NCBI GenBank assembly: GCA_001791305.1
Contig: MGEI01000005.1
Span: 340,208 to 404,207 of the forward strand
DNA: 64,000 nucleotides
From: Candidatus Uhrbacteria bacterium RIFCSPLOWO2_01_FULL_47_17
GTDB taxonomy: Bacteria > Patescibacteriota > Patescibacteriia > UBA9934 > GWF2-40-263
Direction: 5' to 3'
The notes below the pieces were generated by a model that saw only the letters and a list, made by a program, of their open reading frames with translations, had not been told where the DNA came from and searched no databases. The stretch's first letter is position 1; every line of letters starts with the position of its first letter. Shown here in pieces: positions 19,353 through 28,625 of the stretch. The position numbers were made by a program, and so were the translations under genes.

Positions 19353-19559
19353 GTGGAGACTGTCATCAAATGGTTTCCCGCTGCGTGTTTCTTCTTGCTT
19401 GTGCTCGTGATGCTCTTCATCACGGCGCATGTGGGAATGTGGATGTGGCCTGGCATGATCAAAACGTGGCATGGTGTCGCGTATGTGGTCACGCATCCGG
19501 CGGAAGTTGTGGTGGGCTTGCTCATCGCATTCTGTCTGCTCGCAAACGCACTCAAGTAG
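19353..19559 (+). CDS. small two-TM membrane protein
   Basis: AAGGAG RBS, GTG start, two hydrophobic segments. Confidence 0.6.
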   Translation: METVIKWFPAACFFLLVLVMLFITAHVGMWMWPGMIKTWHGVAYVVTHPAEVVVGLLIAFCLLANALK

Positions 19560-19577
19560 TTTGAATACAGGAGGAAC

Positions 19578-19787
19578 ATGCAGATTCAGTTTCGACTGAT
19601 CAACGGACACATCGTTCGCGCGTCCTTCGAAAACAAACCTGAACTCGCCGGATTCGGCGATACGGAGGGGCAAGCGATTGCGGCACTTCTGAAAAAGGAA
19701 AAGGCTCGCAACCTTGAGCTCCAAGCGCTTTACTTCTTGTTACGCAGTTTGCTCGGTTCACATCAGGACGGGTTCCTGGTGAACTGA
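19578..19787 (+). CDS. small hypothetical protein
   Basis: AGGAGG RBS; GDTEGQAIAAL weakly HicB-like (inference). Confidence 0.6.
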   Translation: MQIQFRLINGHIVRASFENKPELAGFGDTEGQAIAALLKKEKARNLELQALYFLLRSLLGSHQDGFLVN

Positions 19788-19809
19788 GATTCGTTCTTTT
19801 CACAACTTT

Positions 19810-19880
19810 CCACGTCGTCTCGAAACGACGTGGCTTTTCCAGAGACTCGCATCGACAGGCGATGCGGTGATCTGCGAAAG
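19810..19880 (+). repeat. two-hairpin intergenic element, copy D
   Basis: different hairpin 1 (CCACGTCGT..ACGACGTGG), CTTTTC CAGAGACTCGCATCG-acagg-CGATGCGGTGATCTG CGAAAG. Confidence 0.85.
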
Positions 19881-19939
19881 TGTTCTGGTGTCTGCACATT
19901 CAATTGCCCACACTAAAACGTGTCGGCTTGGAGATAGGC

Positions 19940-20227
19940 ATGTTGTTTTTCTTTTTGTTCGATCTGGTGTGTCTCTACATCACGGGCAATACGACCATCG
20001 ATCTTTGGGCTGCCAAACTGGTTGTCGTGTTTGGTGGAACCAACCAGGTGGTGAGCATCAACTTCTTGTTCGGTTCGGTGAACATCACAGAGGAAAATTT
20101 GACGCTGTGGATGTGGATCTCAACCGCAATTACCGCTTGGATCCTTTGGGATTTGTTCAAACAGGCGCGTCACTTTTGGCGATGGTTGATGAAACAATCA
20201 CGCGACGAAGCTCAAGTAAAATCGTAG
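19940..20227 (+). CDS. small membrane protein
   Basis: GGAGA RBS, hydrophobic. Confidence 0.55.
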   Translation: MLFFFLFDLVCLYITGNTTIDLWAAKLVVVFGGTNQVVSINFLFGSVNITEENLTLWMWISTAITAWILWDLFKQARHFWRWLMKQSRDEAQVKS

Positions 20228-20237
20228 ACCTCAACTT

Positions 20238-20323
20238 GTTCGACCTGCTTCGGAAATTCCGGAGCCGGTCGAACCTTTTCCAGAGACTCGCATCGAACAG
20301 GTTGATGTGGTGATCTGCGAACG
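20238..20323 (+). repeat. two-hairpin intergenic element, copy E
   Basis: GTTCGACC..GGTCGAAC CTTTTC CAGAGACTCGCATCGA..TTGATGTGGTGATCTG CGAACG. Confidence 0.88.
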
Positions 20324-20345
20324 TTTCTCGTAAGGAGGTTTATAC

Positions 20346-20708
20346 ATGGGAATGACCTTCTGGTTTTTCTTCAGCCTGACCGCCCTTTCGGGTCTTTCGT
20401 TGTTTGTCGACGAATGGCAAAACAATGATCGACTTCGGGCGTTTTTCATCAAAGAGTGGAAGGCGTTTGTTTATTCCTCGTTCTTTCACAAATGTGCGTT
20501 TGCCCTAACAGTGGCTCTCGCCATTGATCACTACAACGAAGTGTTGCCCGTGATCTCGCTCACAAGTTACGTTTGGTCCAGCTGGTTCGTTTCTCGGATC
20601 TTGAATCCAGAACTTGGCGATGACGCAACACAAGACATGTACTCGTCATACACACCCTCACTTCCAGATCCGCTTTCAAACAACCCCCATCCTCATCATT
20701 GGAGTTGA
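20346..20708 (+). CDS. small membrane protein
   Basis: TAAGGAGGT RBS, hydrophobic segments. Confidence 0.65.
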   Translation: MGMTFWFFFSLTALSGLSLFVDEWQNNDRLRAFFIKEWKAFVYSSFFHKCAFALTVALAIDHYNEVLPVISLTSYVWSSWFVSRILNPELGDDATQDMYSSYTPSLPDPLSNNPHPHHWS

Positions 20709-20736
20709 TGCGGTTGCGTAGCGGTTCACATTCCCT

Positions 20737-20800
20737 GGCGATGTCTCATCGCCCTTTTCCAGAGACTCGCATCGATAGGCGATGCGGAGATCTGCGGAAG
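20737..20800 (+). repeat. two-hairpin intergenic element, copy F
   Basis: third hairpin-1 variant GGCGATG-tct-CATCGCC, CTTTTC CAGAGACTCGCATCG-atagg-CGATGCGGAGATCTG CGGAAG. Confidence 0.85.
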
Positions 20801-20816
20801 AAACAGGAGGTAGGAT

Positions 20817-21137
20817 ATGCCCGTTCCAAACGTTTGGGATCTCATTCGGTACATCATGTGCGGACTCTTGATGGGTCTTTTCATAGTCGGCTGCAAAAGG
20901 CCTGTGGAAGAGTCTGCGGGAAAACCTGCGTACATTGCGCAGACGACTTGCTTCAAGCCTCTCAACTTCAAGGAGACCGGGAACCGCGATAATTCGCAAT
21001 GGTGCGAATACATCATTGTGGATCATCCTGAGATTCCGCCCATTTGCTGGGCAGTGGAATATCCCGATTCAACTTCCTCAACCCGGTTCGACATCTCGTG
21101 TGCCGTATTCGAAAAGGTGCAGAAGTTGAGCAAGTAA
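20817..21137 (+). CDS. small putative lipoprotein
   Basis: AGGAGGT RBS, hydrophobic stretch ending IVGC, several Cys. Confidence 0.62.
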   Translation: MPVPNVWDLIRYIMCGLLMGLFIVGCKRPVEESAGKPAYIAQTTCFKPLNFKETGNRDNSQWCEYIIVDHPEIPPICWAVEYPDSTSSTRFDISCAVFEKVQKLSK

Positions 21138-21160
21138 CGTTCACCAACTGGAGGTCTGAC

Positions 21161-21658
21161 ATGTATTGGTTTCTTCTCGGCTATCTCGTTCTCACGTTCT
21201 TCCTGAACCACATCTGTGCGCAAGTGCATCACGCTCGAGCGTGTGAGCATCCGGTTCGGAAGTCGAACATCGTGCTCGATGTCGTGACGTTCATTGCCGT
21301 TCTGTTACGTCTGCCGTTCTACGCGCTCGGCGTCGTGCTCTACAACGCTTGTTGCCTGGGTACGGTTGTCGCAGCGATGACGGACGTGATTCCAGAACAC
21401 GCAACCACGCTCTGGATCTACGTACTCGCCGATAACCTCGGCTACGCGTCTTATGCGATGCGCGAGTTCCTCGTGCTTCAATTCACGTTTCTCTCCCAGT
21501 ACGCAAAGAGCGACTGGTCGTTCACCTATTACGACTACCGCCTCGGCAACGGCAAACTGTTCAGCTTCTACGCGCAGCCGCAACACGGCCATCGCGAGCA
21601 CTACGTCGTAGGTTCGCTTTATGGGCGAATCAAAGAGGAAGAGCAGAGGCATGAATAA
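21161..21658 (+). CDS. membrane protein (165 aa)
   Basis: GGAGGT RBS, multiple hydrophobic segments. Confidence 0.65.
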   Translation: MYWFLLGYLVLTFFLNHICAQVHHARACEHPVRKSNIVLDVVTFIAVLLRLPFYALGVVLYNACCLGTVVAAMTDVIPEHATTLWIYVLADNLGYASYAMREFLVLQFTFLSQYAKSDWSFTYYDYRLGNGKLFSFYAQPQHGHREHYVVGSLYGRIKEEEQRHE

Positions 21659-21666
21659 TTTTTCTT

Positions 21667-21696
21667 ACCAGACGTAAAATGTCTGGTCTTTTTTTT
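21667..21696 (+). terminator. intrinsic terminator ending the array
   Basis: ACCAGAC-gtaaaat-GTCTGGT then C and T8. Confidence 0.75.
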
Positions 21697-21712
21697 GTGG
21701 TAACGCGCTCTG

Positions 21713-21810
21713 AACCTCCCCCAGCCCCTCCTTGGCAGGAGGGGTGAACGAGCTCTGTAACGTTTCGGAAAACGTTTACCTCCCCTGCCAAGGGGAGGCC
21801 GGGAGGGGTT
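21713..21810. repeat. MITE/REP-like element with two internal hairpins
   Basis: AACCTCCCCCAGCCCCTCCTTGGCAGGAGGGG..CCTCCCCTGCCAAGGGGAGGCCGGGAGGGGTT; related half copy at about 63690-63722. Confidence 0.65.
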
Positions 21811-21811
21811 C

Positions 21812-24103
21812 TTACCGTCTCGCCGTTCCGCCACTCGCCATCTCTTCGAGCTTCACGCTCAACAAATTACTGATGCCGTCATCTCCCATTGTCACGCCGT
21901 ACAAGATGTCCGCCTTTTCCATGGTTGCACGGTTGTGAGTCACAACAATGAACTGTGAGTTCTTCGACAAGTCATCGAGGATAGATGCAAATCGAAGCGT
22001 GTTTGATTCGTCGAGCGCCGCGTCAACCTCGTCGAGCACCACGAACGGCGCTGGATTCACGGCCATGATCGCGGAGAGAAGAGCGATCGAGGTAAGTGCG
22101 CGTTCTCCACCAGAGAGCAAGTTCAACGATTTTAATTTTTTTCCAGGTGGCGTTGCTTGAATATCAATTCCGACGACGCCGTCGTCGTACGCAGCGATGC
22201 GTTCGCGGATCGCATCCGTTTTATCACGCTCCGCTTCGCCCGTGTCTTCGAAGACGCGTTCCGGTGTGACTTCCGTCTCCTCATCGGCTTTCAAATCTTC
22301 TTTCGATAATTTGATGAGCGAACAGGATCCACCGTTGAACAGAATTTTGAAATATTTTTCGAACTCTTTGTTGATCAGAGCAAAGACTTTTTTGGATTGC
22401 GTAGCAATATCTTCGTCGAGTTCGATGACAATCTTCTCTGTCGCGTTGATCGCACTTCGTAAATCTTTTAACTGCTCATCGAGGAACTCGAAACGTTTCT
22501 TCGTATCTTCAAACTCGACCACAATCTCCGGATCGATTCCGCCGATGAGTTCGATTTTGTATCGCAAGCGCTGAATTTCAGGGTAGAGCACATCGGTATC
22601 TATCTTGTTATGGGTGGGGTCCCCAGACCCCGCCAGTGTCTGCCTGTTTGTCCTGGCTTTCACAGCAAAATTCCCCATCGCTTCATCCATTTCACGATTC
22701 AAATTTTTTTGTCGTTCATCAATGCGCGCTGCTTCGATTTGGATCGAGTTGCGTTGATTTTCGAGCAAGTGAATTTGCGTTTGCTTCTCGCGCAACTCGC
22801 GTTGCATATCGATGAGCTCGGTGCGCACTTCTTTTTCTTTTTGTGCGTACGCATCGATCTCGCGCTCTTGCTCGACGAGTTCTGCTTTGATGCGTTGTTC
22901 CTCAATCGCGAGCGAAGCTTTTTTCTCGAGGAGCGCAGGATCTGGTTTGATGTCTTCCGGATTTGGTTTGCGCAAACGTTTGTTGAGTCCGACGACTTTG
23001 TCGAGCACGCCGTCGATTGCGGTGTGAAGTGCGTCGATATCTTTCAGTGATTTTAAATTCTTAAGAAGGACATCCAGTCCGTCGATTTCCTCGACAATCT
23101 TCAACAAGGGAAGTGGCGCCCAGTTTGATTGCGCGCGCACCTTTGTCAGTTCGATTTCTTTTTCAACCTGAAACTGCGCCTGACGACACGCGTCACGCTC
23201 ACGTTGTTTCTCGCGGTACACTTTTTGCAAAGCTGCGAGTCCTGCATCTTCTCCCGTCTCCGAATTCTCAACCGCTTTCGTTCGAGTCTCGATCACCTCG
23301 AGTTCGGAGCGCTTCTCGAGAATGCGCGCATCGATTTCTGTGAACTGTGATTTGATGCCTGCGAGTTCGTCGATCAATTTCCACCAAAGTGTTCCGTAGT
23401 ACGACGTTTCCATTCCGCGCAACTCTCTTTCGACCTCCTCACGTTCCGAGAGTCTCGAAACTTGTCGCTTGAGCGAACGGAGGCGCGGTTCAATTTCCTG
23501 TACGAGCATTTCTACGTCCGTTAAATTTTCGAGTGTGCGCTTCAATTTCAAAATCGCTTCATGGCGTTTGAGCTGAAGCGGCTTTACTCCCGTCGCATCG
23601 TCGAAGAAACTTTTGCGTTCTTCGGGAGTCGACACGAGAATGTGATCGATCATCCCTTGGCCGATCACAGAGTAGGAACGTTGACCAACGTTTGCTTGTG
23701 CGAGGAGGAGTTGAATGTCCGCGAGGCGGGCACTTCCGTCGTTTAAAAGATATTCCGAGTTTCCGTCACGATAGAGGCGTCGGGTGATGGTGACCTCCGA
23801 ATAATCGATTGGCATCATCTTGTCCGAGTTGTCGAGTGTGATCGAAACTTCCGCGAAGCCACTTCGACCTCGACCTTCCGAGCCAGAAAAAATCACATCC
23901 TCGGATTTTTTTCCGCGAAGAAGTTTCATGCTTTGCTCACCCAAGACCCAGCGAATGGCGTCCGCAAGGTTGGATTTCCCCGAACCGTTTGGACCAACGA
24001 TCGATGTTAAAGGATAGCGATCCGCGGCTGGAGGAAGAAAGGATAGCGAGGTTTTTTTTGCAAAGGTTTTGAATCCTTGGACGGAGAGTTTCGACAGGTA
24101 CAT
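21812..24103 (-). CDS. smc: SMC-family chromosome segregation ATPase (short, 763 aa)
   Basis: GFKTF, IVGPNGSGKSN, IGQG, LSGGE, VVLDEVDAALD, VVTH. Confidence 0.9.
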   Translation of the reverse strand: MYLSKLSVQGFKTFAKKTSLSFLPPAADRYPLTSIVGPNGSGKSNLADAIRWVLGEQSMKLLRGKKSEDVIFSGSEGRGRSGFAEVSITLDNSDKMMPIDYSEVTITRRLYRDGNSEYLLNDGSARLADIQLLLAQANVGQRSYSVIGQGMIDHILVSTPEERKSFFDDATGVKPLQLKRHEAILKLKRTLENLTDVEMLVQEIEPRLRSLKRQVSRLSEREEVERELRGMETSYYGTLWWKLIDELAGIKSQFTEIDARILEKRSELEVIETRTKAVENSETGEDAGLAALQKVYREKQRERDACRQAQFQVEKEIELTKVRAQSNWAPLPLLKIVEEIDGLDVLLKNLKSLKDIDALHTAIDGVLDKVVGLNKRLRKPNPEDIKPDPALLEKKASLAIEEQRIKAELVEQEREIDAYAQKEKEVRTELIDMQRELREKQTQIHLLENQRNSIQIEAARIDERQKNLNREMDEAMGNFAVKARTNRQTLAGSGDPTHNKIDTDVLYPEIQRLRYKIELIGGIDPEIVVEFEDTKKRFEFLDEQLKDLRSAINATEKIVIELDEDIATQSKKVFALINKEFEKYFKILFNGGSCSLIKLSKEDLKADEETEVTPERVFEDTGEAERDKTDAIRERIAAYDDGVVGIDIQATPPGKKLKSLNLLSGGERALTSIALLSAIMAVNPAPFVVLDEVDAALDESNTLRFASILDDLSKNSQFIVVTHNRATMEKADILYGVTMGDDGISNLLSVKLEEMASGGTARR
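22607..22633 (+). repeat. REP-like palindrome, copy 2, inside smc coding sequence
   Basis: GTTATGGGTGGGGTCCCCAGACCCCGC. Confidence 0.7.
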
Positions 24104-24105
24104 AC

Positions 24106-24132
24106 GTTATAGGCGGGGTCCCCTGACCTCGC
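24106..24132 (+). repeat. REP-like palindrome, copy 3
   Basis: GTTATAGGCGGGGTCCCCTGACCTCGC immediately upstream of the smc start. Confidence 0.75.
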
Positions 24133-24196
24133 GCGAATTGGAGATATTAGTCGGAAATAATTATAGCATGGTTGACCAGCGGCTCAGGATTGGATA

Positions 24197-25228
24197 GTGT
24201 ATGGAATTCCTATGGAGTTATTGACCCACAAACGTATTCACGATCTTCTTCTCTCCGCGCAGAACCCTGTGCTTGTTTCGGACGTTCGTCTCGACGGCGA
24301 TTCTCTTGGTTCTGTGATGGCGATGTATCATTTTTTGCGTGAGCATGGGAAGTCTTCGAGAGTCTATGTGGCAGAAGCGGTGCCAGAACAATATCGATTT
24401 TTACCAGACGTTCATGTCTGTTCAACAAATGCAACGATCTTCGATGATTCGACGATAGACCTTGTGGTGGTGTTTGATTGTTCGGAAGCGGCTTTCGTCG
24501 AGAGTCTTGTTGAACGTATTGATGGAAACCCGACGGTCATCAACATGGATCACCACAAAACGAATCCTCGCTATGGACACGTGAATCAAGTTTTGGTCGA
24601 CGCACCCGCGACGGCCGAGGTTGTGTTTCGATTTCTCGAAGCGAATCATGTGGTGATCACGAAGCACGTTTCGACCTGTCTTCTTGCAGGTTTGTGTTTC
24701 GACACAAACATGTTTTCAAACTCCGCAACGAACGAGCGGGCTCTCGACACAGCCTCGCACTTGATTCTGCACGGCGCCCGCGTGCAAGATGTTATCCGCA
24801 CCATGTTTCAAAATCGTTCTGTCGGCGCGCTCAAAGTCTGGGGCGCCGCACTCGAGCGTTTAACCGACCACCCCGAGATTCGCGTCATGACAACCGTGCT
24901 TACGCGCAAAGACATCGAGACGCATCAAGTGACCGACGATGAAATTGACGGCCTCTCGAACTTTTTGAATCTTGTTGCGGATACAGATACCTTGTTTGTG
25001 CTGCGAGAAACCAAAGAAGGCGGAGTGAAAGTTTCTGGACGCTCACGCACGCAAGATGTCTCGAAGATCGCAAGCGCACACGGCGGGGGAGGGCATGCAA
25101 AAGCGGCGGGCTTCACCCTCGTAAACGCGTGCATCGTCGAAAAGGATACTGTGTGGTGTGTCTCGAGAAACAACGAAACACATCCGATCGCGCATGCATT
25201 ACGATTTGAAGAATTCTTTCGGGTATAA
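24197..25228 (+). CDS. DHH/DHHA1 phosphoesterase (NrnA-like)
   Basis: [27 protein letters not shown]; start may be about 15 nt later. Confidence 0.9.
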   Translation: MYGIPMELLTHKRIHDLLLSAQNPVLVSDVRLDGDSLGSVMAMYHFLREHGKSSRVYVAEAVPEQYRFLPDVHVCSTNATIFDDSTIDLVVVFDCSEAAFVESLVERIDGNPTVINMDHHKTNPRYGHVNQVLVDAPATAEVVFRFLEANHVVITKHVSTCLLAGLCFDTNMFSNSATNERALDTASHLILHGARVQDVIRTMFQNRSVGALKVWGAALERLTDHPEIRVMTTVLTRKDIETHQVTDDEIDGLSNFLNLVADTDTLFVLRETKEGGVKVSGRSRTQDVSKIASAHGGGGHAKAAGFTLVNACIVEKDTVWCVSRNNETHPIAHALRFEEFFRV

Positions 25229-25286
25229 CCTTTCAAACATTTCCGACCTTTCCGACTTTTCAAACCAATGTTACTATCCACCTACT

Positions 25287-25904
25287 ATGAATCACAAAAT
25301 CACTTCCAAATTCCAGACCATCGAGGACAACTACCTCATTCCAACGGTTATTGAAAAAAACAGCATGGGGGAGCGTGCGTATGATATTTATTCGCGTTTG
25401 CTCAAGGATCGCATTATTTTTCTTGGAACCGAGATTGATGACACAGTTGCAAACTTGGTTATTGCACAGCTTTTGTTTCTTGAGAGCCAAGACAAGACCA
25501 AAGAGATCAAACTTTACATTAACTCTCCAGGTGGATCCGTTACGTCAGGGCTCGCGATTTATGATGCGATGCAGTACGTGAAACCAGATGTCTCGACCAT
25601 CTGCGTTGGAATGGCGGCGTCCATGGCGGCCGTACTTCTCGCATCCGGTGCAAAGGGAAAGCGCTTTTGTCTACCAAACTCAGAAGTCATGATTCATCAA
25701 GTTTTGGGTGGAGTTTCTGGGCAAGCAACGGACATTAAAATCCACGCGGAACGCATCATGAAGACTAAAGATCAGTTGAATACGATTCTTTCCAAGCACA
25801 CCGGAAAAAAGAAATCTCAAGTCGAACAAGACACCGAACGGGACTATTTTCTTGATCCATCCGAGGCGCTCGCTTACGGATTAGTCGATAAGGTGATAAA
25901 ATAA
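25287..25904 (+). CDS. clpP: ATP-dependent Clp protease proteolytic subunit
   Basis: [34 protein letters not shown]. Confidence 0.97.
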   Translation: MNHKITSKFQTIEDNYLIPTVIEKNSMGERAYDIYSRLLKDRIIFLGTEIDDTVANLVIAQLLFLESQDKTKEIKLYINSPGGSVTSGLAIYDAMQYVKPDVSTICVGMAASMAAVLLASGAKGKRFCLPNSEVMIHQVLGGVSGQATDIKIHAERIMKTKDQLNTILSKHTGKKKSQVEQDTERDYFLDPSEALAYGLVDKVIK

Positions 25905-25912
25905 AGAGGTCA

Positions 25913-25940
25913 AAAAACGAGCCGGAGATTGGCTCGTTTT
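25913..25940. terminator. bidirectional terminator-like hairpin
   Basis: AAAAACGAGCC-ggagatt-GGCTCGTTTT. Confidence 0.65.
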
Positions 25941-26360
25941 TAAATCAGTTTCAGAGAAAGGAAACAAGTTTTTTGGGTTTTTCTTTTGATTTGGCTCGAT
26001 TCTGCATTTCTGTGTCAGCATCTGGCTTACAAAATAGAGTACACTAATGCTTGACAGGAGGTGCCCACACTGATAAACTCCTCTCTTCCGCTATGGAAGC
26101 ACTGATTTCCCTGTAACTGACTCGTTTCATTATGGTGGTACCTTATCGCGACTGACCTGCAGGCACGACAAGCATGGGATTTCAAAAAATGGTTACATCA
26201 GGTCGCAAGACTCGATCTATCCATTTGTGAAATTTCTTGCCTGCAGCTTAGTCACGAGAAGTTTTCTGAAAAAGATCGTTCGCATCATGCGCGCGATTTT
26301 TTTGTTCCTGAATTGATCTTACTCGTCTTGAAATTTCATGCAAGAAATTCTGTGGATAGG

Positions 26361-28211
26361 TTAAGGGGTTGGTGTTTCTGGATTCGTGATTGCTATTAGA
26401 GGATCTATTCCAACTAAACAAATTTTTGGAAGCGGGCGATAGTGTGAAGCAAAGATTTTGTCGATCTTTGTTCCGTCCGGATTTTCTATTGTATAGGTAA
26501 AAGATGCATCTGCCCCCTTGTGTGCTTCCTGACATTTTTCTTCTCCTGGTTTTAAGTTTGTTGAAGTTTGCACGATTTTTTCTCCGTAAGGAATCCATCG
26601 TGTGACAACAGGGGGTGTATAAGAACCTTTTCTTCCGTCAGATGTACCCCAGAATGTGAATTTTAATTCTTGTTTTGCGATGATATTTTCTGCCTGGAAG
26701 AGAATGTACTGTTCTGTGTTGTTTGTGAATTTAAAGTCTGGTGCCGGGTTGAAGATGGTGGCATCTGTTCCTGGGTTGTTGTTTGCAGGGTCGTTGTAGT
26801 AGGAAACAACGAGCGAGTGGTTTTGTCGTGTGACAATCGGGAGCCCGGAATGCATGGCGGCTCGAAAGGTAGTGGTTCCAATCTGACAAAGCCCCCCGCC
26901 AATATCCGGTTCAATTTTTGTTCCTTTGATTACGAGTTCTGGAAAATATCCATTTGCAAGCGTGAAAGGCTTGAGGGAATCAAGAAGGGAAAATGTTTCT
27001 CCTGGAGCAATCAATAATCCATTTAAGAGATTGACACCATTTTGAATATTTAGTTTTCGGTTCTTTGGGCTGTTTTTATAATTGGATATTCCGTACCCAA
27101 GAATTTCTGTGATGCCAATATTGTTAACATCCGCGGTTTTTACACTTGGTTTTTCTATGATGGTTGCGATTTCAATGGGGTTTGTGGATCCTTGGGTGAT
27201 TTGTGCAAGGGTGTCTTGAAAAAGTTTGTCTTGATCAATGATGTGTCCATCTTTGCTTTCCGCAAATTTTTCTGCGCGACTTCCTTTGATTTCAAATCGG
27301 GCATTTTGTGCAGGGACGTTTACGTCTTTCATGATGGGCTCAAGGAATTTGTTGAATGCAACCTTGTCCATGCTCACTGTTCCTTCTGGTGTTGGAATCA
27401 ATAAGGTCGCAAGAACGTGGGCGCTTAATTTCCATGAGTCCACCGTTCCGTCTTCCTGTTTATAGACAAGGCGATAGGGAGCTGCCATTAAAATAGCGCG
27501 TACGATGGGAACTTCTTGTCGCGCGACTTCTTCGGACACGAGCGGTTTACGCTCGGTGCGAATGAGATCAACGGGATCCGTACTGAGTGTTTCAAATGCT
27601 TTTGAGAGGGATTTTGCAAAGATTTCCTCATCCATCTGATCACCAGAGACTCCAGGTTTTACATCAATATCCCAATCCGTTCCTGCGGGTTTGATGAGAA
27701 AGGATGTTTCGGAAGCAAGGTGTTCTTCTGAGGCAAAAAGCGCATGCAGAGATTGATTCAATTCCCGTGTTTGAATCGTAAAACGCATGGCAGTACGGAA
27801 TGGACGGATGAGTGCGTACAAAATTTTACTCGTGTTGATAATAGGGTTTGCATCATGACGAACAAATTCGGTTGTCTTAAGTGTTTGGTCTAAATCGAAA
27901 TTCACGTACTCGATAAGATCAGAACCAATCAAGGTTGAAAGAGGAAGATTTTTTGTTTCGCCATTAAAGCGTATATTGACGCCGTGAGTGAGCAACTCAT
28001 CTGTGCGTTTTTGCAAAATTTCTCTGGCTTGTTCAGGAGTTTTGCGTCCAATATCAAGCGCGCCAATAAAAACATTCGGAGCAATCACTCCGTTATATTT
28101 TTCCGCATACGTCCATGCTCCCCAGCCGAGTCCGGTAAGGATAAGAACACTCGCCGCAACTCCACCCGCGACGTATTTCAAGAAGTGTCTTTGTTTTTGT
28201 TCCTCGTTCAT
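26361..28211 (-). CDS. VanW-family protein with N-terminal TM and peptidoglycan-binding region
   Basis: IAPGETFS, GGGLCQIGTTTFRAA, RQNHS, GTDATI, FKFTNNT. Confidence 0.9.
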   Translation of the reverse strand: MNEEQKQRHFLKYVAGGVAASVLILTGLGWGAWTYAEKYNGVIAPNVFIGALDIGRKTPEQAREILQKRTDELLTHGVNIRFNGETKNLPLSTLIGSDLIEYVNFDLDQTLKTTEFVRHDANPIINTSKILYALIRPFRTAMRFTIQTRELNQSLHALFASEEHLASETSFLIKPAGTDWDIDVKPGVSGDQMDEEIFAKSLSKAFETLSTDPVDLIRTERKPLVSEEVARQEVPIVRAILMAAPYRLVYKQEDGTVDSWKLSAHVLATLLIPTPEGTVSMDKVAFNKFLEPIMKDVNVPAQNARFEIKGSRAEKFAESKDGHIIDQDKLFQDTLAQITQGSTNPIEIATIIEKPSVKTADVNNIGITEILGYGISNYKNSPKNRKLNIQNGVNLLNGLLIAPGETFSLLDSLKPFTLANGYFPELVIKGTKIEPDIGGGLCQIGTTTFRAAMHSGLPIVTRQNHSLVVSYYNDPANNNPGTDATIFNPAPDFKFTNNTEQYILFQAENIIAKQELKFTFWGTSDGRKGSYTPPVVTRWIPYGEKIVQTSTNLKPGEEKCQEAHKGADASFTYTIENPDGTKIDKIFASHYRPLPKICLVGIDPLIAITNPETPTP

Positions 28212-28213
28212 AG

Positions 28214-28612
28214 TTATAAATCATCCAAATCTAAAATGCTTATTGGTTTATCTTGTTCTATTTTTTTGAGGCGGATGAGGAGGACGCCTTTTTTCAGAAC
28301 GGCGTCGACGGAATTTGGATCCACGTGACTCGGGAGAATGATGGAGCGCGAAAACGCACCCCAGTGACATTCTTGCACGTGTGTTTTTCCGCGTGCGAAT
28401 TCCGAAATTTCATGTGCACGCGTCCCGCGGATGGTGAGTGTATCTTCGTGAAGCGTAATGTCAAGATCTTCTGCGTTTACGCCTGCAATTGCGGATCGCA
28501 CAACAATTTCGCGCGCAGTTTCCATCACATCAACCGAAAGCTGGCCTTCATTTTGGGCAAACCAAGAAGCATCGGTGAAATCATTTTGGATGTGCTCACG
28601 AAGCGGTGACAT
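28214..28612 (-). CDS. Hsp20/alpha-crystallin small heat-shock protein
   Basis: LSVDVMET, IAGV, ECHWGAFSRSIILP, A.LKKGVLLIRL. Confidence 0.92.
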   Translation of the reverse strand: MSPLREHIQNDFTDASWFAQNEGQLSVDVMETAREIVVRSAIAGVNAEDLDITLHEDTLTIRGTRAHEISEFARGKTHVQECHWGAFSRSIILPSHVDPNSVDAVLKKGVLLIRLKKIEQDKPISILDLDDL

Positions 28613-28625
28613 AGATAACTCTATT

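Noticed and set aside
16800-20800. Repeats as a CRISPR array
   Set aside because: Units are about 65-90 bp, divergent, and separated by whole genes of unequal length; no cas genes are present.
16786-20800. Repeats as canonical integron attC sites
   Set aside because: Several units start near CAAC and end near GTT, but RYYYAAC/GTTRRRY is not matched, the fold is two hairpins rather than one, and no integron integrase is in the window. A non-canonical cassette system is not excluded.
14600-21700. Prophage
   Set aside because: No integrase, terminase, capsid, tail or replication genes were recognised.
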